The notes under the pieces were generated by a model, which saw only the letters and a program-made list of their open reading frames with translations, searched no databases and was not told the DNA's origin. Positions 16,733 to 26,656 of a DNA stretch of 33,715 nt are shown piece after piece. This stretch comes from an uncultured Bacillales bacterium (GTDB lineage Bacteria > Bacillota_I > Bacilli_A > RF39 > UBA660), in contig CAMIXP010000001.1 in NCBI GenBank assembly GCA_946402785.1, positions 1 through 33,715 on the forward strand, in the 5' to 3' direction. Numbering within the stretch: position 1 is the first letter of the stretch; each line of letters starts with the position of its first letter. A program made the translations under genes and the position numbers.

Positions 16733-18310
16733 TTAATTTAATTTAAAGGTTCTTGGAGCAACTTTATATACTAAGAATAATGCGAGAGATGTATAGATAA
16801 TTACAAATAGTATTCCTAGAACAGATAAGATTTCAGATGATAAAACGACTCCTGATAACCAATACGTTACAATGTAAGTTCCTAGTGTTACAAAAGAGTA
16901 ACTTGCTTTTTTTACTTCCATTTCTTTATTGAATGGTTGCATCAAATAGTAGATCACTAAGTAATGAACGGAAAAGAATACACTTAAACTCATAATAAAT
17001 AAGAATGTTGTGAGTAATGTTGTTATAGGATACGTATTGGTTGATAATAGAAAGATAATGGTATTTCCTAATCCTATGACAAAAGCTGGTAATAAGTTTA
17101 CTTTCGTTACCGTTAATAGTCTTTTCTTAAAGAGTTCTAGTATGACAGTTGGCTCCCTATAAAAGTTAAACTGTAACATGGCATGATCACAGTTAAAGAA
17201 CATGGCTTGTGTAATAATGGCTCCTCTATTAATAAAGTACATGACTATGACAAAGGCTGCTAATTTGACATGTAAGAATTCTGCAATACTTTTATTGTAA
17301 TTGGTATAACGTATCATTAAGTAAAATACTACAGCATAAATAATTGCTAATATTAGAGAATACTTTCTGGCACTTCTTAGAAGAATCTCTTTATGTCTTT
17401 CAAAGAAAATGGTATTGAATAAATCATATCCTTCTTTTTTCTCTAGGAGTTTATGATCTATTTTTTTATCTTTTTCTTTTACATCAACCATTGCTTGTTT
17501 TAAGTAATCTTTTTCATTTTTTGAATTCATGACATTTGTGATTTGACTGAGATGTTTGTAGATTAATTTATAATCTTTGATTCTTAATAAATAGATGAGT
17601 GAAATGATACCTAATAAGATAAAGATGATTGTAAATACAATGATCAATCTCATCGAAATCGTAATATTGATACATGGTAAGAAACAACAAGCTAATAAGG
17701 ATAATACGATTGGGAAATATAAATTAGAATTGGTATACCAAACATAATGATATCTTCTAAAGAACAATATATTTAACATTTCTCCTACGAGTCTTACTGC
17801 TAGTGTAAAGACTACAAAAATCAAACTATAGAGAATGGTTGGGGATAACATTAAATAATCTAAGAAGAAATAGAAGAAGATTCCATTCATAATGGTACTT
17901 GTTAATAGATTCCAAAAGATATTAGCATGAAAGAACTTTGTTGCATCCATGTTAAATACTAACATTGCAAAATATTTCTTTTTATTGGTATTTAATAATT
18001 TATTATTAATAAACATTCCTATGATGGTTAAAAAGAAATAAATATGAAAGAATGCTCTTACCAAAATATCAGGAAAGAATTTTGTACATATTAATAGAAT
18101 TACAAAGAAATACATAAATTTCAGGAATAATGCTCTTACCATAGAGAGAATCATTCCAAAGAATCCTATGATTCTTTTGATTGTTTTACTCTTATAAATA
18201 TCATCTGTGATTAAGTCTTTAAAGATTGGTAATCTTCTTAATACATAGATAAAGGAATTAACAGAGTAAGCAATATCGATTTGTAATGTCTTATGAAGTA
18301 TGTTGATCAT
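16733..18310 (-). CDS. large polytopic membrane protein, putative ABC exporter permease partner
   Basis: 525 aa, at least 12 hydrophobic helices. Overlaps the upstream ABC ATPase gene by 20 nt. No recognisable permease signature. Confidence 0.55.
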   Translation of the reverse strand: MINILHKTLQIDIAYSVNSFIYVLRRLPIFKDLITDDIYKSKTIKRIIGFFGMILSMVRALFLKFMYFFVILLICTKFFPDILVRAFFHIYFFLTIIGMFINNKLLNTNKKKYFAMLVFNMDATKFFHANIFWNLLTSTIMNGIFFYFFLDYLMLSPTILYSLIFVVFTLAVRLVGEMLNILFFRRYHYVWYTNSNLYFPIVLSLLACCFLPCINITISMRLIIVFTIIFILLGIISLIYLLRIKDYKLIYKHLSQITNVMNSKNEKDYLKQAMVDVKEKDKKIDHKLLEKKEGYDLFNTIFFERHKEILLRSARKYSLILAIIYAVVFYLMIRYTNYNKSIAEFLHVKLAAFVIVMYFINRGAIITQAMFFNCDHAMLQFNFYREPTVILELFKKRLLTVTKVNLLPAFVIGLGNTIIFLLSTNTYPITTLLTTFLFIMSLSVFFSVHYLVIYYLMQPFNKEMEVKKASYSFVTLGTYIVTYWLSGVVLSSEILSVLGILFVIIYTSLALFLVYKVAPRTFKLN

Positions 18311-19010
18311 TACTATCTTCCTTTAATGCTTTAATAATTTTATCTTTATATTTCTTTGAATTTAAATTTTCTTTCTTTACAAGTTCTAAGTTTTTATTCG
18401 TTATTACAACAATTTCATCACATAGATCGGTTGCTAATTCTAAGATATGGGTTGAAAAGATAATGATATGATTTTTCTTTAGACCTTTTAATAGTTTTTT
18501 CATATCTTCTTGTACGACAATATCTAGAGATGTTAATGGTTCATCTAATAAAATGACTTTTGGATTGGCTATGATATTGACAAGAATTTGCATTTTATTT
18601 TTCATACCATGAGAATATTCTTTTAATAAGATATCTTGATCTTCTCGATTAATTTTTACTAAATCAAAATAATAATCGATATCTTTTAAGTCTTTTACTC
18701 GATCTTTATTGATATCTAAATAGAACTTTAAGAATTCTCTTCCTGTTAAGAATTCTGGAACGGTTGGAGTTGATACTACATAACCAATATCATTAGTACG
18801 TAGAATGTTTCTTCCAAACTCATCTTCTAGATAGAATCTACCATTATCAACTGGAATATCACTATTTAAAGCATTAAAGAAGGTTGTCTTTCCTGCTCCA
18901 TTTCTTCCTAATAATCCATAGATTTTTCCTTCTTCAAATGTGAAATTTACATCTTTTAAAACTTCTTTTGTTCCATAACTCTTTTCTAAATCATGTATTT
19001 CGAGTTTCAT
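18291..19010 (-). CDS. ABC transporter ATP-binding protein
   Basis: Walker A is GRNGAGKTT. A degenerate signature YSHGMKNK is present. Walker B is ILLDEPLTSLD. H-loop is STHIL. Confidence 0.9.
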   Translation of the reverse strand: MKLEIHDLEKSYGTKEVLKDVNFTFEEGKIYGLLGRNGAGKTTFFNALNSDIPVDNGRFYLEDEFGRNILRTNDIGYVVSTPTVPEFLTGREFLKFYLDINKDRVKDLKDIDYYFDLVKINREDQDILLKEYSHGMKNKMQILVNIIANPKVILLDEPLTSLDIVVQEDMKKLLKGLKKNHIIIFSTHILELATDLCDEIVVITNKNLELVKKENLNSKKYKDKIIKALKEDSNDQHTS

Positions 19011-19020
19011 ATGATCACTC

Positions 19021-20001
19021 CTATTTTAAGTATTGTTCTATTCTTCCTTTTCCTTCTTTACAAGTTACATGGGCTATTGCTCCATTGATGATGGTCATCT
19101 TTGGTACGACATGTCCAATGTCTGCTTCCATTATGATTGGAATATCTCCAAATATTTTTTGGAAGGCTTCTTCATAGGTCATTGAGCTAAAGCTATTGGG
19201 GAATAGTACTCTTCCTACGATGACTCCTTTTACGTGTTCAAACCATCCGGCTTCTTTTAATTGAAATAAAGATAGATACACATCTTCTGTCTTTAATGCA
19301 AAAACATCAAAGTACCAGATGAATCCATCTTCTTTATATTTTTCAACGAACTTTTTTGTTTGATCAAATTTGGTACCAGGTAGATATTGAAGACAGTCTA
19401 GGCATCCACCTATCATTCTTCCTGTGATATCCACTTCTCCATTTACTGCTTTCCATTCTGTTTTTTCTGTTAAAGCATAATCTCCATCTACTCTAGATTC
19501 CATATTCGTTTCATGATAATTGAAACTCTCTTGAGGAAGAATATTTCCTTTCAAGTATTCAAAAACCATTTTTTGAGAATCAAATAAATGAGTTGAATCA
19601 AAACTTCCTGCATTATGATCATAGATCGTTGCGATATCAAATTTGGTTGTGATGTAGTATAAAAGACTGGTTGGATCACTATAACCCATGACCCATTTAT
19701 CTTTGATTTTATGATCTTCTAAGTAAGGCAACATATCTAGTAAGAAATCTCCTCCAGATGCGCACATAATCATGTCTACAGAATCATCTGTCATTAAATC
19801 CATGAATTGTTTTGCTCTTTCTTCTGGTGGACCTGATACATCTCCGACTGCTCTTACATTTGCAGTTTCTAGAATTCTCCAATTGTTTTCTTTGATATGT
19901 TCTAATGATTTCTCAAATGCTTCTAATTTTTCTCCTTGCCCACGAGAAGGAGATGTAATTCCAATTAATGAATTTTCTTGTAAGAATTTTGGATAAATCA
20001 T
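19021..20001 (-). CDS. S66 family LD-carboxypeptidase / MccF-like serine peptidase
   Basis: GITSPS, MCASGGDF, the nucleophile motif GYSDPT, and a C-terminal E...GHV, all in the usual order for S66. Confidence 0.8.
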   Translation of the reverse strand: MIYPKFLQENSLIGITSPSRGQGEKLEAFEKSLEHIKENNWRILETANVRAVGDVSGPPEERAKQFMDLMTDDSVDMIMCASGGDFLLDMLPYLEDHKIKDKWVMGYSDPTSLLYYITTKFDIATIYDHNAGSFDSTHLFDSQKMVFEYLKGNILPQESFNYHETNMESRVDGDYALTEKTEWKAVNGEVDITGRMIGGCLDCLQYLPGTKFDQTKKFVEKYKEDGFIWYFDVFALKTEDVYLSLFQLKEAGWFEHVKGVIVGRVLFPNSFSSMTYEEAFQKIFGDIPIIMEADIGHVVPKMTIINGAIAHVTCKEGKGRIEQYLK

Positions 20002-20691
20002 TTAATCTTCCTCCTTCTTGTCTTTGTTTGCTTTTATAATAGATGCCATTACAAAGTAGATAAATCGAATGAGGATTCCCCCTACTAAGAGAATGATTCC
20101 TGGTTGAATTAATGCTTTATACGTAATTGTTGTGACATGAATTAAAGACTCAATCGTGTTTCTTAACCATTCTGTTAATAAGAGAATACTTAGTCCACTT
20201 AAAGCACATGCCCAAGAAGTTGGTTTGATCCATTTTACTGGAGACCATAAAGCTAATGCAATGAACAAAATATTCACTCCTATTAGAATCATCAAGATTC
20301 CTTTCATTTTTGCATTCGTAATAAAACGATACATATTTAAAGCAAATTTTTGTTTTGGATTTAGTTTTTCTTCTTGTTCTTCTACAAATTCATCAAAGGC
20401 TTTTTCTACTTCTTTTTCTACATTTTCTTTTGTTTTATCTATTTTATCTTTGATTTTATCAGTATCGATATATTGATCTAAAAATCCTTTTACTTTGTCG
20501 CTTTTCATGATGTCTTGAAACCAGTTACTTGCTTCTTCTGACTGATTTCGAAGTTTTTCTGGAATAATTGCTTTCCACGTTTCTTCTTTAATTTCTTCTA
20601 TGACTGTTTTAGATGTTAGGTTTAATACTAATGCAATGATTAGTAATGTTAGCGTAATTGTTAAAGGGATTACACGAAATAATTTTCTCAT
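20002..20691 (-). CDS. membrane protein, unknown function
   Basis: N-terminal TM helix, a charged coiled region, then 3-4 C-terminal TM helices. The stop abuts the next gene's ATG. ATG follows GAGGAGGGG. Confidence 0.7.
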   Translation of the reverse strand: MRKLFRVIPLTITLTLLIIALVLNLTSKTVIEEIKEETWKAIIPEKLRNQSEEASNWFQDIMKSDKVKGFLDQYIDTDKIKDKIDKTKENVEKEVEKAFDEFVEEQEEKLNPKQKFALNMYRFITNAKMKGILMILIGVNILFIALALWSPVKWIKPTSWACALSGLSILLLTEWLRNTIESLIHVTTITYKALIQPGIILLVGGILIRFIYFVMASIIKANKDKKEED

Positions 20692-20723
20692 AGGATCCCC
20701 TCCTCTTACTTATTATAACATAC

Positions 20724-20754
20724 AAAAAGAAGAAAACCTTTTAGATTTTCTTCT
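20724..20754 (-). terminator. terminator of clpB
   Basis: Minus strand reads AGAAGAAAA-9 nt-TTTTCTTCT followed by TTTTG. The stop codon lies in the loop. Confidence 0.65.
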
Positions 20755-22846
20755 TGATAACGAACTTATTATTTACATAATTAACGATTACTGTATCATG
20801 TTCTTCTAATGATCCTTCAATCAGTAATCTAGATAAATCTACTTCTAGAGTTCTACCTACTAAACGTTTGAGTGGTCTTGCTCCAAAGTTGATATCATAT
20901 CCTTCTTCTATGAAGGCATCTCTTGCTTGATCTGTTAATTCAATATGAAGGTCTATATCTTTTAATCTTCCTTCGATTTCATGAATAATTTTATCTAGAA
21001 TCTTATTAATTGCTTCTTTTGTTAATGGATTAAAGATAATGATTTCATCAATACGGTTAATAAATTCTGGACGGAAGGTTTCTTTTACTTCTTTCATGAC
21101 TTCTTCTCTATCATTTTCTAAGATGTGTTCACTTCCTAAGTTAGATGTCATAATAATAATGGTATTTTTAAAGTCAACGGTTCTTCCGTTTGAATCTGTT
21201 ACACGTCCATCATCTAGAATTTGTAATAATAGATTTAATACTTCTGGATGAGCTTTTTCAATTTCATCAAATAAGACAATACTATATGGATTACGTCTTA
21301 CAGCTTCTGTTAATTGTCCTCCTTCTTCATATCCAACATATCCTGGAGGAGATCCAATTAATCTTGATACTGAGAATTTTTCCATGTATTCAGACATATC
21401 AATACGAACCATATGACGTTCATCATCAAATAATTCATAGGCTAGAGTTCTCGCTACTTCTGTTTTACCAACACCTGTAGGTCCAAGGAACATAAAACTT
21501 GCAATGGGTCTATTAGGATCTTTAATTCCACTACGAGATTTCATAATGGCATCGCTTACTAATTTTAGAGCTTCATCTTGTCCCATGACACGCTTTTTCA
21601 TTTCATCTTCTAGATGTAGGACTTTTTCTTTTTCAGATGCCATTAGTTTTGTTACGGGAATATTGGTCCATTTTGCGATAATACTACAAATATCTTGATC
21701 CGTAACGGTATCACTTAATAATTTGTTTTTCTCTACTTTATTTAATTCTTCTAGTTCTTTTTCTGCCTTTGGAATTTCTCCATGACGAAGAACGGCAGCT
21801 CTTTCGAGATCATATTTGTTCTCTGCTTGGTCGAGTTCAAATCTCAATTTTTCTAGTTCTTTTTTCTTTTTACTGATTTGATTGTTGATATCTTTTTCTT
21901 TATTCCATGCTTCTGTTAGCTCTTGTTCTTTTTGTTTCATAGTTGTTAATTCTCGATCGATGTCTTCTCTTCTATGAACGGATAGTTCATCTTTTTCTTT
22001 CTTAATAGCTTCTTTTTCTATTTCAAGTCTCATAATTCTATGTGTTAAGCTATCTAGTTCAAAAGGAACAGAGTCCATTTGTACACGAATCGTTGCACAA
22101 GCTTCATCAATTAAGTCAATTGCTTTATCTGGTAAGTATCGATCAGTTATATATCTATTTGATAATGTAGCAGCCGAAATAATAGCTTTATCTTGAATGG
22201 TTACTCCATGATGGATTTCAAATCTTTCTTTTAATCCTCTTAAAATAGTTATTGTATCTTCTACCGTTGGTTCTTCTACTTTAATCTTTTGGAAACGTCT
22301 TTCTAGAGCTCCATCTTTTTCAATATATTTTCTATATTCATTTAAAGTAGTGGCACCAATTACATGGATTTCTCCACGAGCAAGCATTGGTTTTAAGATA
22401 TTAGAAGTATCCATAGATCCTTCTGTTGCACCGGTTCCTACTATCATGTGAATTTCATCAATAAACATGATAATATCGCCTTCACTCTTTTTAACTTCGT
22501 TTAAAACATTTTTAAGTCTCTCTTCAAACTCTCCACGGTACTTTGCTCCTGCAACTAAGGCAGCCATATCTAGTTCCCAAATTTTTTTATTCTTTAGAGA
22601 ACTTGGTACATCTCCTTTTAGAATTCTTAAAGCTAATCCTTCTACAATGGCTGTTTTACCAACACCTGGTTCACCAATTAGAACTGGGTTGTTTTTCGTT
22701 TTTCTCGATAAGACCCTTGTAATACTACGAATTTCATCATCTCTTCCGATAACCGGATCAATTTTACCTGCTTTCGCATCTTCTACAATATCTCGTCCAT
22801 ATTTTTCTAATACATTTTCGTTATCTTCTTCTGGATAATTATACAT
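20741..22846 (-). CDS. clpB: ClpB-type AAA+ disaggregase lacking the N-terminal Clp_N domain
   Basis: Begins directly at D1 ([28 protein letters not shown]...[15 protein letters not shown]). Has a long M-domain coiled coil. D2 Walker A is [20 protein letters not shown] precedes the ATG. Confidence 0.9.
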   Translation of the reverse strand: MYNYPEEDNENVLEKYGRDIVEDAKAGKIDPVIGRDDEIRSITRVLSRKTKNNPVLIGEPGVGKTAIVEGLALRILKGDVPSSLKNKKIWELDMAALVAGAKYRGEFEERLKNVLNEVKKSEGDIIMFIDEIHMIVGTGATEGSMDTSNILKPMLARGEIHVIGATTLNEYRKYIEKDGALERRFQKIKVEEPTVEDTITILRGLKERFEIHHGVTIQDKAIISAATLSNRYITDRYLPDKAIDLIDEACATIRVQMDSVPFELDSLTHRIMRLEIEKEAIKKEKDELSVHRREDIDRELTTMKQKEQELTEAWNKEKDINNQISKKKKELEKLRFELDQAENKYDLERAAVLRHGEIPKAEKELEELNKVEKNKLLSDTVTDQDICSIIAKWTNIPVTKLMASEKEKVLHLEDEMKKRVMGQDEALKLVSDAIMKSRSGIKDPNRPIASFMFLGPTGVGKTEVARTLAYELFDDERHMVRIDMSEYMEKFSVSRLIGSPPGYVGYEEGGQLTEAVRRNPYSIVLFDEIEKAHPEVLNLLLQILDDGRVTDSNGRTVDFKNTIIIMTSNLGSEHILENDREEVMKEVKETFRPEFINRIDEIIIFNPLTKEAINKILDKIIHEIEGRLKDIDLHIELTDQARDAFIEEGYDINFGARPLKRLVGRTLEVDLSRLLIEGSLEEHDTVIVNYVNNKFVIKKKI

Positions 22847-22868
22847 TTTCTATCACCCCTCAATGATT

Positions 22869-22896
22869 ATTATACTCTATTTTTAGCACTTGTCAA
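22869..22896 (-). promoter_or_regulatory. clpB promoter
   Basis: Minus strand reads TTGACA-N16-TATAAT. The -35 lies inside the CIRCE spacer. Confidence 0.65.
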
Positions 22897-22909
22897 TAGA
22901 GAGTGCTAA
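22883..22909. promoter_or_regulatory. CIRCE operator (HrcA binding site)
   Basis: TTAGCACTt-N9-GAGTGCTAA, compared with the consensus TTAGCACTC-N9-GAGTGCTAA. One mismatch. Confidence 0.85.
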
Positions 22910-22924
22910 TTATATTTTTGCATG

Positions 22925-22946
22925 AAAAAAAGAGTATTTCTACTCT
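22925..22946 (-). terminator. terminator after 22940..23503
   Basis: Minus strand reads AGAGTA-gaaa-TACTCT followed by T7. Confidence 0.75.
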
Positions 22947-23503
22947 TTTGTATATTCATCATATAACTCTTTTAAATGCTTTCTTTTTAGTACTTTATTG
23001 ATTCCATCTTTCGCAACTTCTGTATGAACTCTTTCAATGAGAGCTTTTGTTTTTGGATGAATAACACCTTTATCTTTTACTCGATTCCAGTAAGATAATT
23101 GATACTCTTTTGTCCAATTTTTTCCTTGATAGGTCATTCCTGCAGCATAAGAGTCACAAATTAACTCTAAGAAATACTTAAATGGCATCATAGGAGCTGG
23201 TGTTGGGGCATTATAATCATGCCAATACTCATAATGATGTTTATTATGATTCTTATGATGGATCCATGCGATGGAATAACCCGTTACTTCTTTACATTTA
23301 CGGATAGGACTATATTTTCCTTCATCAAAGTATCTAGCAGTTTCAAAAAATTCTACTGGTAAATATTTGGTCCAATCATGCCAGATTCCTTGCCATGGAA
23401 TTCCTACTTTACAGCAAAGACAAAATACTTTCCATCTATGTTTATTTACTACTTTAAAATGTCCCCATAATTTTTTGATTGTTAGTTTATATTCTTTTTC
23501 CAT
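22940..23503 (-). CDS. His-rich hypothetical protein (DUF5662-like)
   Basis: ATG at 23503 follows GGTGAAG. The upstream part of the track ORF covers a terminator and a TGtTATAAT -10 (23520-23528). Motifs are WHDWTKY and IHHKNHNKHHYEYWHD. Confidence 0.6.
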   Translation of the reverse strand: MEKEYKLTIKKLWGHFKVVNKHRWKVFCLCCKVGIPWQGIWHDWTKYLPVEFFETARYFDEGKYSPIRKCKEVTGYSIAWIHHKNHNKHHYEYWHDYNAPTPAPMMPFKYFLELICDSYAAGMTYQGKNWTKEYQLSYWNRVKDKGVIHPKTKALIERVHTEVAKDGINKVLKRKHLKELYDEYTKE

Positions 23504-23528
23504 AGACTTCACCATCTTCATTATAACA

Positions 23529-23551
23529 TAAAAAAAGAGCATTATTGCTCT
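23529..23551 (-). terminator. terminator after 23542..24213
   Basis: Minus strand reads AGAGCA-ataa-TGCTCT followed by T7. Confidence 0.7.
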
Positions 23552-24213
23552 TTCTTGTATTGTCTTGGTATTTTTTCAATTGGTAATTCTAATTCTCCAA
23601 AAATCACTTGAGGTGCTACATCTGTATCAACAAGTGCTTGTAATGCTTGTTTATAGTTAACATTGTTTTCATCCCCAGTACTCATTAATACAATGATTTT
23701 ATCATCTAATACCATAGCTCCACGGATACCTTGTTCTTCAAATGGAATTTGAATTTCTTCTTCTAAATCTACTGGATGACGTAATTCAAATTTACCTGTT
23801 AAGTCAGGGAAGTATTCACATACTTCGCTTCCTCTTTTTTTACTATCTAATAAAGCTTCGGTTAACACATCTTTATCTTTTGCGAACCAAACTTCTTTCA
23901 TATCTTCTTCTGGAATTTGTCTACCTTTCAAGAATTTTACTTCATTAAAAGGGATTCCACGTTCCAATAAAATATTTCTAAATTCTGGTCTTTTTAAAGG
24001 TCCGTTTTGCATAAGGATAATTTCTCTTTGTTTGTCTTCACTGATAAAGGCAGTATTAAATTGAACTGGTAACTTTCCTGCACCAATTCTTATATAAGAA
24101 CTACATCTTGCATATAGTGTATTATCTTTACTATCTTCTAAGCCATCGATTGCTGTATAAACTTCTTCTGGAAAATGTTGAATAGCCCAAATATCATATT
24201 GACTGTTTGCCAT
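23542..24213 (-). CDS. hypothetical cytoplasmic protein, 223 aa
   Basis: ATG at 24213 (MANSQYD...) follows GAGAGGGA. Upstream track codons overlap the GNAT terminator and a TGaTATAAT -10 (24242-24250). Confidence 0.7.
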   Translation of the reverse strand: MANSQYDIWAIQHFPEEVYTAIDGLEDSKDNTLYARCSSYIRIGAGKLPVQFNTAFISEDKQREIILMQNGPLKRPEFRNILLERGIPFNEVKFLKGRQIPEEDMKEVWFAKDKDVLTEALLDSKKRGSEVCEYFPDLTGKFELRHPVDLEEEIQIPFEEQGIRGAMVLDDKIIVLMSTGDENNVNYKQALQALVDTDVAPQVIFGELELPIEKIPRQYKKEQ

Positions 24214-24260
24214 ATAAATCCCTCTCTCATTGGTAGTTGTTATTATATCATATTTTCTTG

Positions 24261-24292
24261 AAAAAGAAAAGATAGAAAATAACTTTCTATCT
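24261..24292 (-). terminator. terminator after the GNAT gene
   Basis: Minus strand reads AGATAGAAA-gttat-TTTCTATCT followed by TTTCTTTTT. Confidence 0.65.
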
Positions 24293-25075
24293 TTTTTCAA
24301 TACTAAAATTAATTAAGTATCCTTCATCTTGATAGCCTACTTTTTTGTATGCATGATTGGAAGATGCATAGTTGTAATCGGTATAAAGAACGGGAACATA
24401 TCCATCTTCTAGCAGTTTTTTTGTTAAAGAATAGATCAAATACTGGCAATATCCTTTTCCTCTTTCTTCTTTATCCGTAAAGACATGCGTTACTTTTGCC
24501 ATATCATCTACTACTCCATATCCCGCCATAGAGACGATATCTCCATGATTATCTTTTAGGACATAGAAATTCTTTCCTTCTAGCCATCCCTCTACTTCTT
24601 CTAATGCTTCGCTTTGGGAAACTACTTTTCCATTATATAGTTCTTTTACATTTTGTCTCCAGAACTCAGCTAGTGTTACTTTATCTTCATGATTTGGTTT
24701 TACAAAGATTCCCTTTCCTTTTAATGGATTGATTGTTTCTTTACATGATAAGAATCCCATTTCTAAATAATTGGATGTTTCTTCTTTTTCTTTTAAATAT
24801 TCATATAATTCTTTTTTACAAGTAAAGTCATTTCTTCCTTTTTCATAGAATTCTTCTAGTACTTTCTCTACTTCTTTCTTTTTCTCTTCTGATAAATTGT
24901 CTTGTGTCCATATCCATGTAGGTAGTCCTGGCGCACTACGAGCGACGATATAAGACTTTAAATCAGAATGAATCATAGGACTATCTCCTGTTGCGATTAA
25001 AGAGATGACATAGAATAATTCTCTTTCTTGTTGGAAAAGATGAATCTTTTTTAAATCGTCTTTTTCAATTTTCAT
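24287..25075 (-). CDS. GNAT family N-acetyltransferase
   Basis: C-terminal acetyl-CoA motif ERGKGYCQYLIYSLTKKLLEDGY...NHAYKKVGY. ATG follows GGAGGGA. Confidence 0.8.
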   Translation of the reverse strand: MKIEKDDLKKIHLFQQERELFYVISLIATGDSPMIHSDLKSYIVARSAPGLPTWIWTQDNLSEEKKKEVEKVLEEFYEKGRNDFTCKKELYEYLKEKEETSNYLEMGFLSCKETINPLKGKGIFVKPNHEDKVTLAEFWRQNVKELYNGKVVSQSEALEEVEGWLEGKNFYVLKDNHGDIVSMAGYGVVDDMAKVTHVFTDKEERGKGYCQYLIYSLTKKLLEDGYVPVLYTDYNYASSNHAYKKVGYQDEGYLINFSIEKR

Positions 25076-25086
25076 GGGAATCCCTC

Positions 25087-25881
25087 CTAAATTCTTACAT
25101 TCATTAAGTTAGAACTACTATATTTTTTTAATCCTCTATTAAATACCAAGAAAGCAATGGTAATAAATAGAAGGGTACCAATTATGATATAGATCAAATA
25201 AATAAGTTTAAAATCACTAATTAATTGGATTGGTACATAGGCTGTTATTCCTAATGGTAAGATTGTATAAAATAGTATTTTAATGGCTCCTTTAAAGATA
25301 CCTTCTGGATAGGTTGCGAAGTTTGTCATTAAACTATTGATCGTATTAGCAATTACTTCTGTTCTACCGAACCAGAAAGATAGGGATGAAATGATAACAG
25401 AGATGCTTGCTACTACGAGTCCTCCACAAATACCACATAAGATAAATAATAGTAAGTTTTTGATGGTTAATCCAAAGATGGTAATCATGATCAATCCATA
25501 AATGATATCTCCTAGTGCAGATACTTCTACACTACTCGTAATACACTGAATCAAAACATTTTTTGGTTGTACTAAGTAGTTGTCTAATTTTCCACAGTTA
25601 ATGGTTTCTGATAATTCAAAGGAATCTCGGAAAAAGAATCTAGAAATGCCATATGTGAAAGATGCTAGTCCCCATAATAGAATAACTTGTTTAAAGGTAT
25701 ATCCTCCTACATCTTCTTTTAAAGAGTATAGGATAATCCATTGAATGATAAAGCATGCATTGTTTAAAATCATAAATAAGATGTTTGATACAAAAGTAAC
25801 TTTATTTAACATTTCTCTTTGAAGAGCATATCGAATAGATTGCCCTGTTACTTTTAATTGATTTTTAACCTCCGTTAACAT
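25087..25881 (-). CDS. ABC-2-type permease (ABC2_membrane_6/DUF990-like), subunit 2
   Basis: Six-TM protein of 264 aa. Overlaps the upstream paralogous permease by 17 nt. Confidence 0.7.
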   Translation of the reverse strand: MLTEVKNQLKVTGQSIRYALQREMLNKVTFVSNILFMILNNACFIIQWIILYSLKEDVGGYTFKQVILLWGLASFTYGISRFFFRDSFELSETINCGKLDNYLVQPKNVLIQCITSSVEVSALGDIIYGLIMITIFGLTIKNLLLFILCGICGGLVVASISVIISSLSFWFGRTEVIANTINSLMTNFATYPEGIFKGAIKILFYTILPLGITAYVPIQLISDFKLIYLIYIIIGTLLFITIAFLVFNRGLKKYSSSNLMNVRI

Positions 25882-26656
25882 TTAATTTTTTCACCCCCTT
25901 CTTGTATATTAAATGTGCAATCAACCAAGTAATTCCTAAATAAATTACTTGAATGATGATGATTTCTAATAATTTTTCATTACTATAATCTACAAATAAT
26001 TTTGCTGGTCCATAACTAACTACATAGATAGGACTATATTTGGCAATTGGTTGTAGGAATTGTGGAAAGAATTCAATGGGGAAAATGGTTCCTACCACTA
26101 AGATTAGTTTACTATATAACCAGAAGAATGGATTTGCATCTTCTATAAAGAATGATACTAAACCAATCGTTGTAATGATTAAGATATTGATAATCGTTGC
26201 AAGTGCACAAGATAGGATCACTCCTAGTATTCCTAGAATTGTTAAATGTGGAAATTCTCCTAAGAATAATAATCCTAGTAATATACCTAAAATCGTTATT
26301 AATACAAACTTTAAGGTTGTAATTCCTAAATGGCTAAATAAACTGTATTCAACATAGTTATATGGTTTTGTTATATTATAGGTAATATTACCACTTCTTA
26401 CATCATTACAAATCTTTTTACATAGTTTTCTTCCTCCTAAACTCATCCATAAGATTTCTGTTACAATAACATACCAAATCATTTGATTCATGGTGTATCC
26501 TTTGATTACTTCATTTGGATTACTATAGATATATTTCCATAGATTTAAGAAGATAAATATCATGATACAGTAACTTACAAATCCTACTAAGATATCAAAT
26601 GTATATTGTAAGTTTGTCATTAATTCTGATTTAAAGATGTATAGATATTTTTTCAT
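25865..26656 (-). CDS. ABC-2-type permease, subunit 1
   Basis: Six-TM protein of 263 aa. Its start overlaps the ATPase stop (TAATG). Confidence 0.7.
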   Translation of the reverse strand: MKKYLYIFKSELMTNLQYTFDILVGFVSYCIMIFIFLNLWKYIYSNPNEVIKGYTMNQMIWYVIVTEILWMSLGGRKLCKKICNDVRSGNITYNITKPYNYVEYSLFSHLGITTLKFVLITILGILLGLLFLGEFPHLTILGILGVILSCALATIINILIITTIGLVSFFIEDANPFFWLYSKLILVVGTIFPIEFFPQFLQPIAKYSPIYVVSYGPAKLFVDYSNEKLLEIIIIQVIYLGITWLIAHLIYKKGVKKLNVNGG

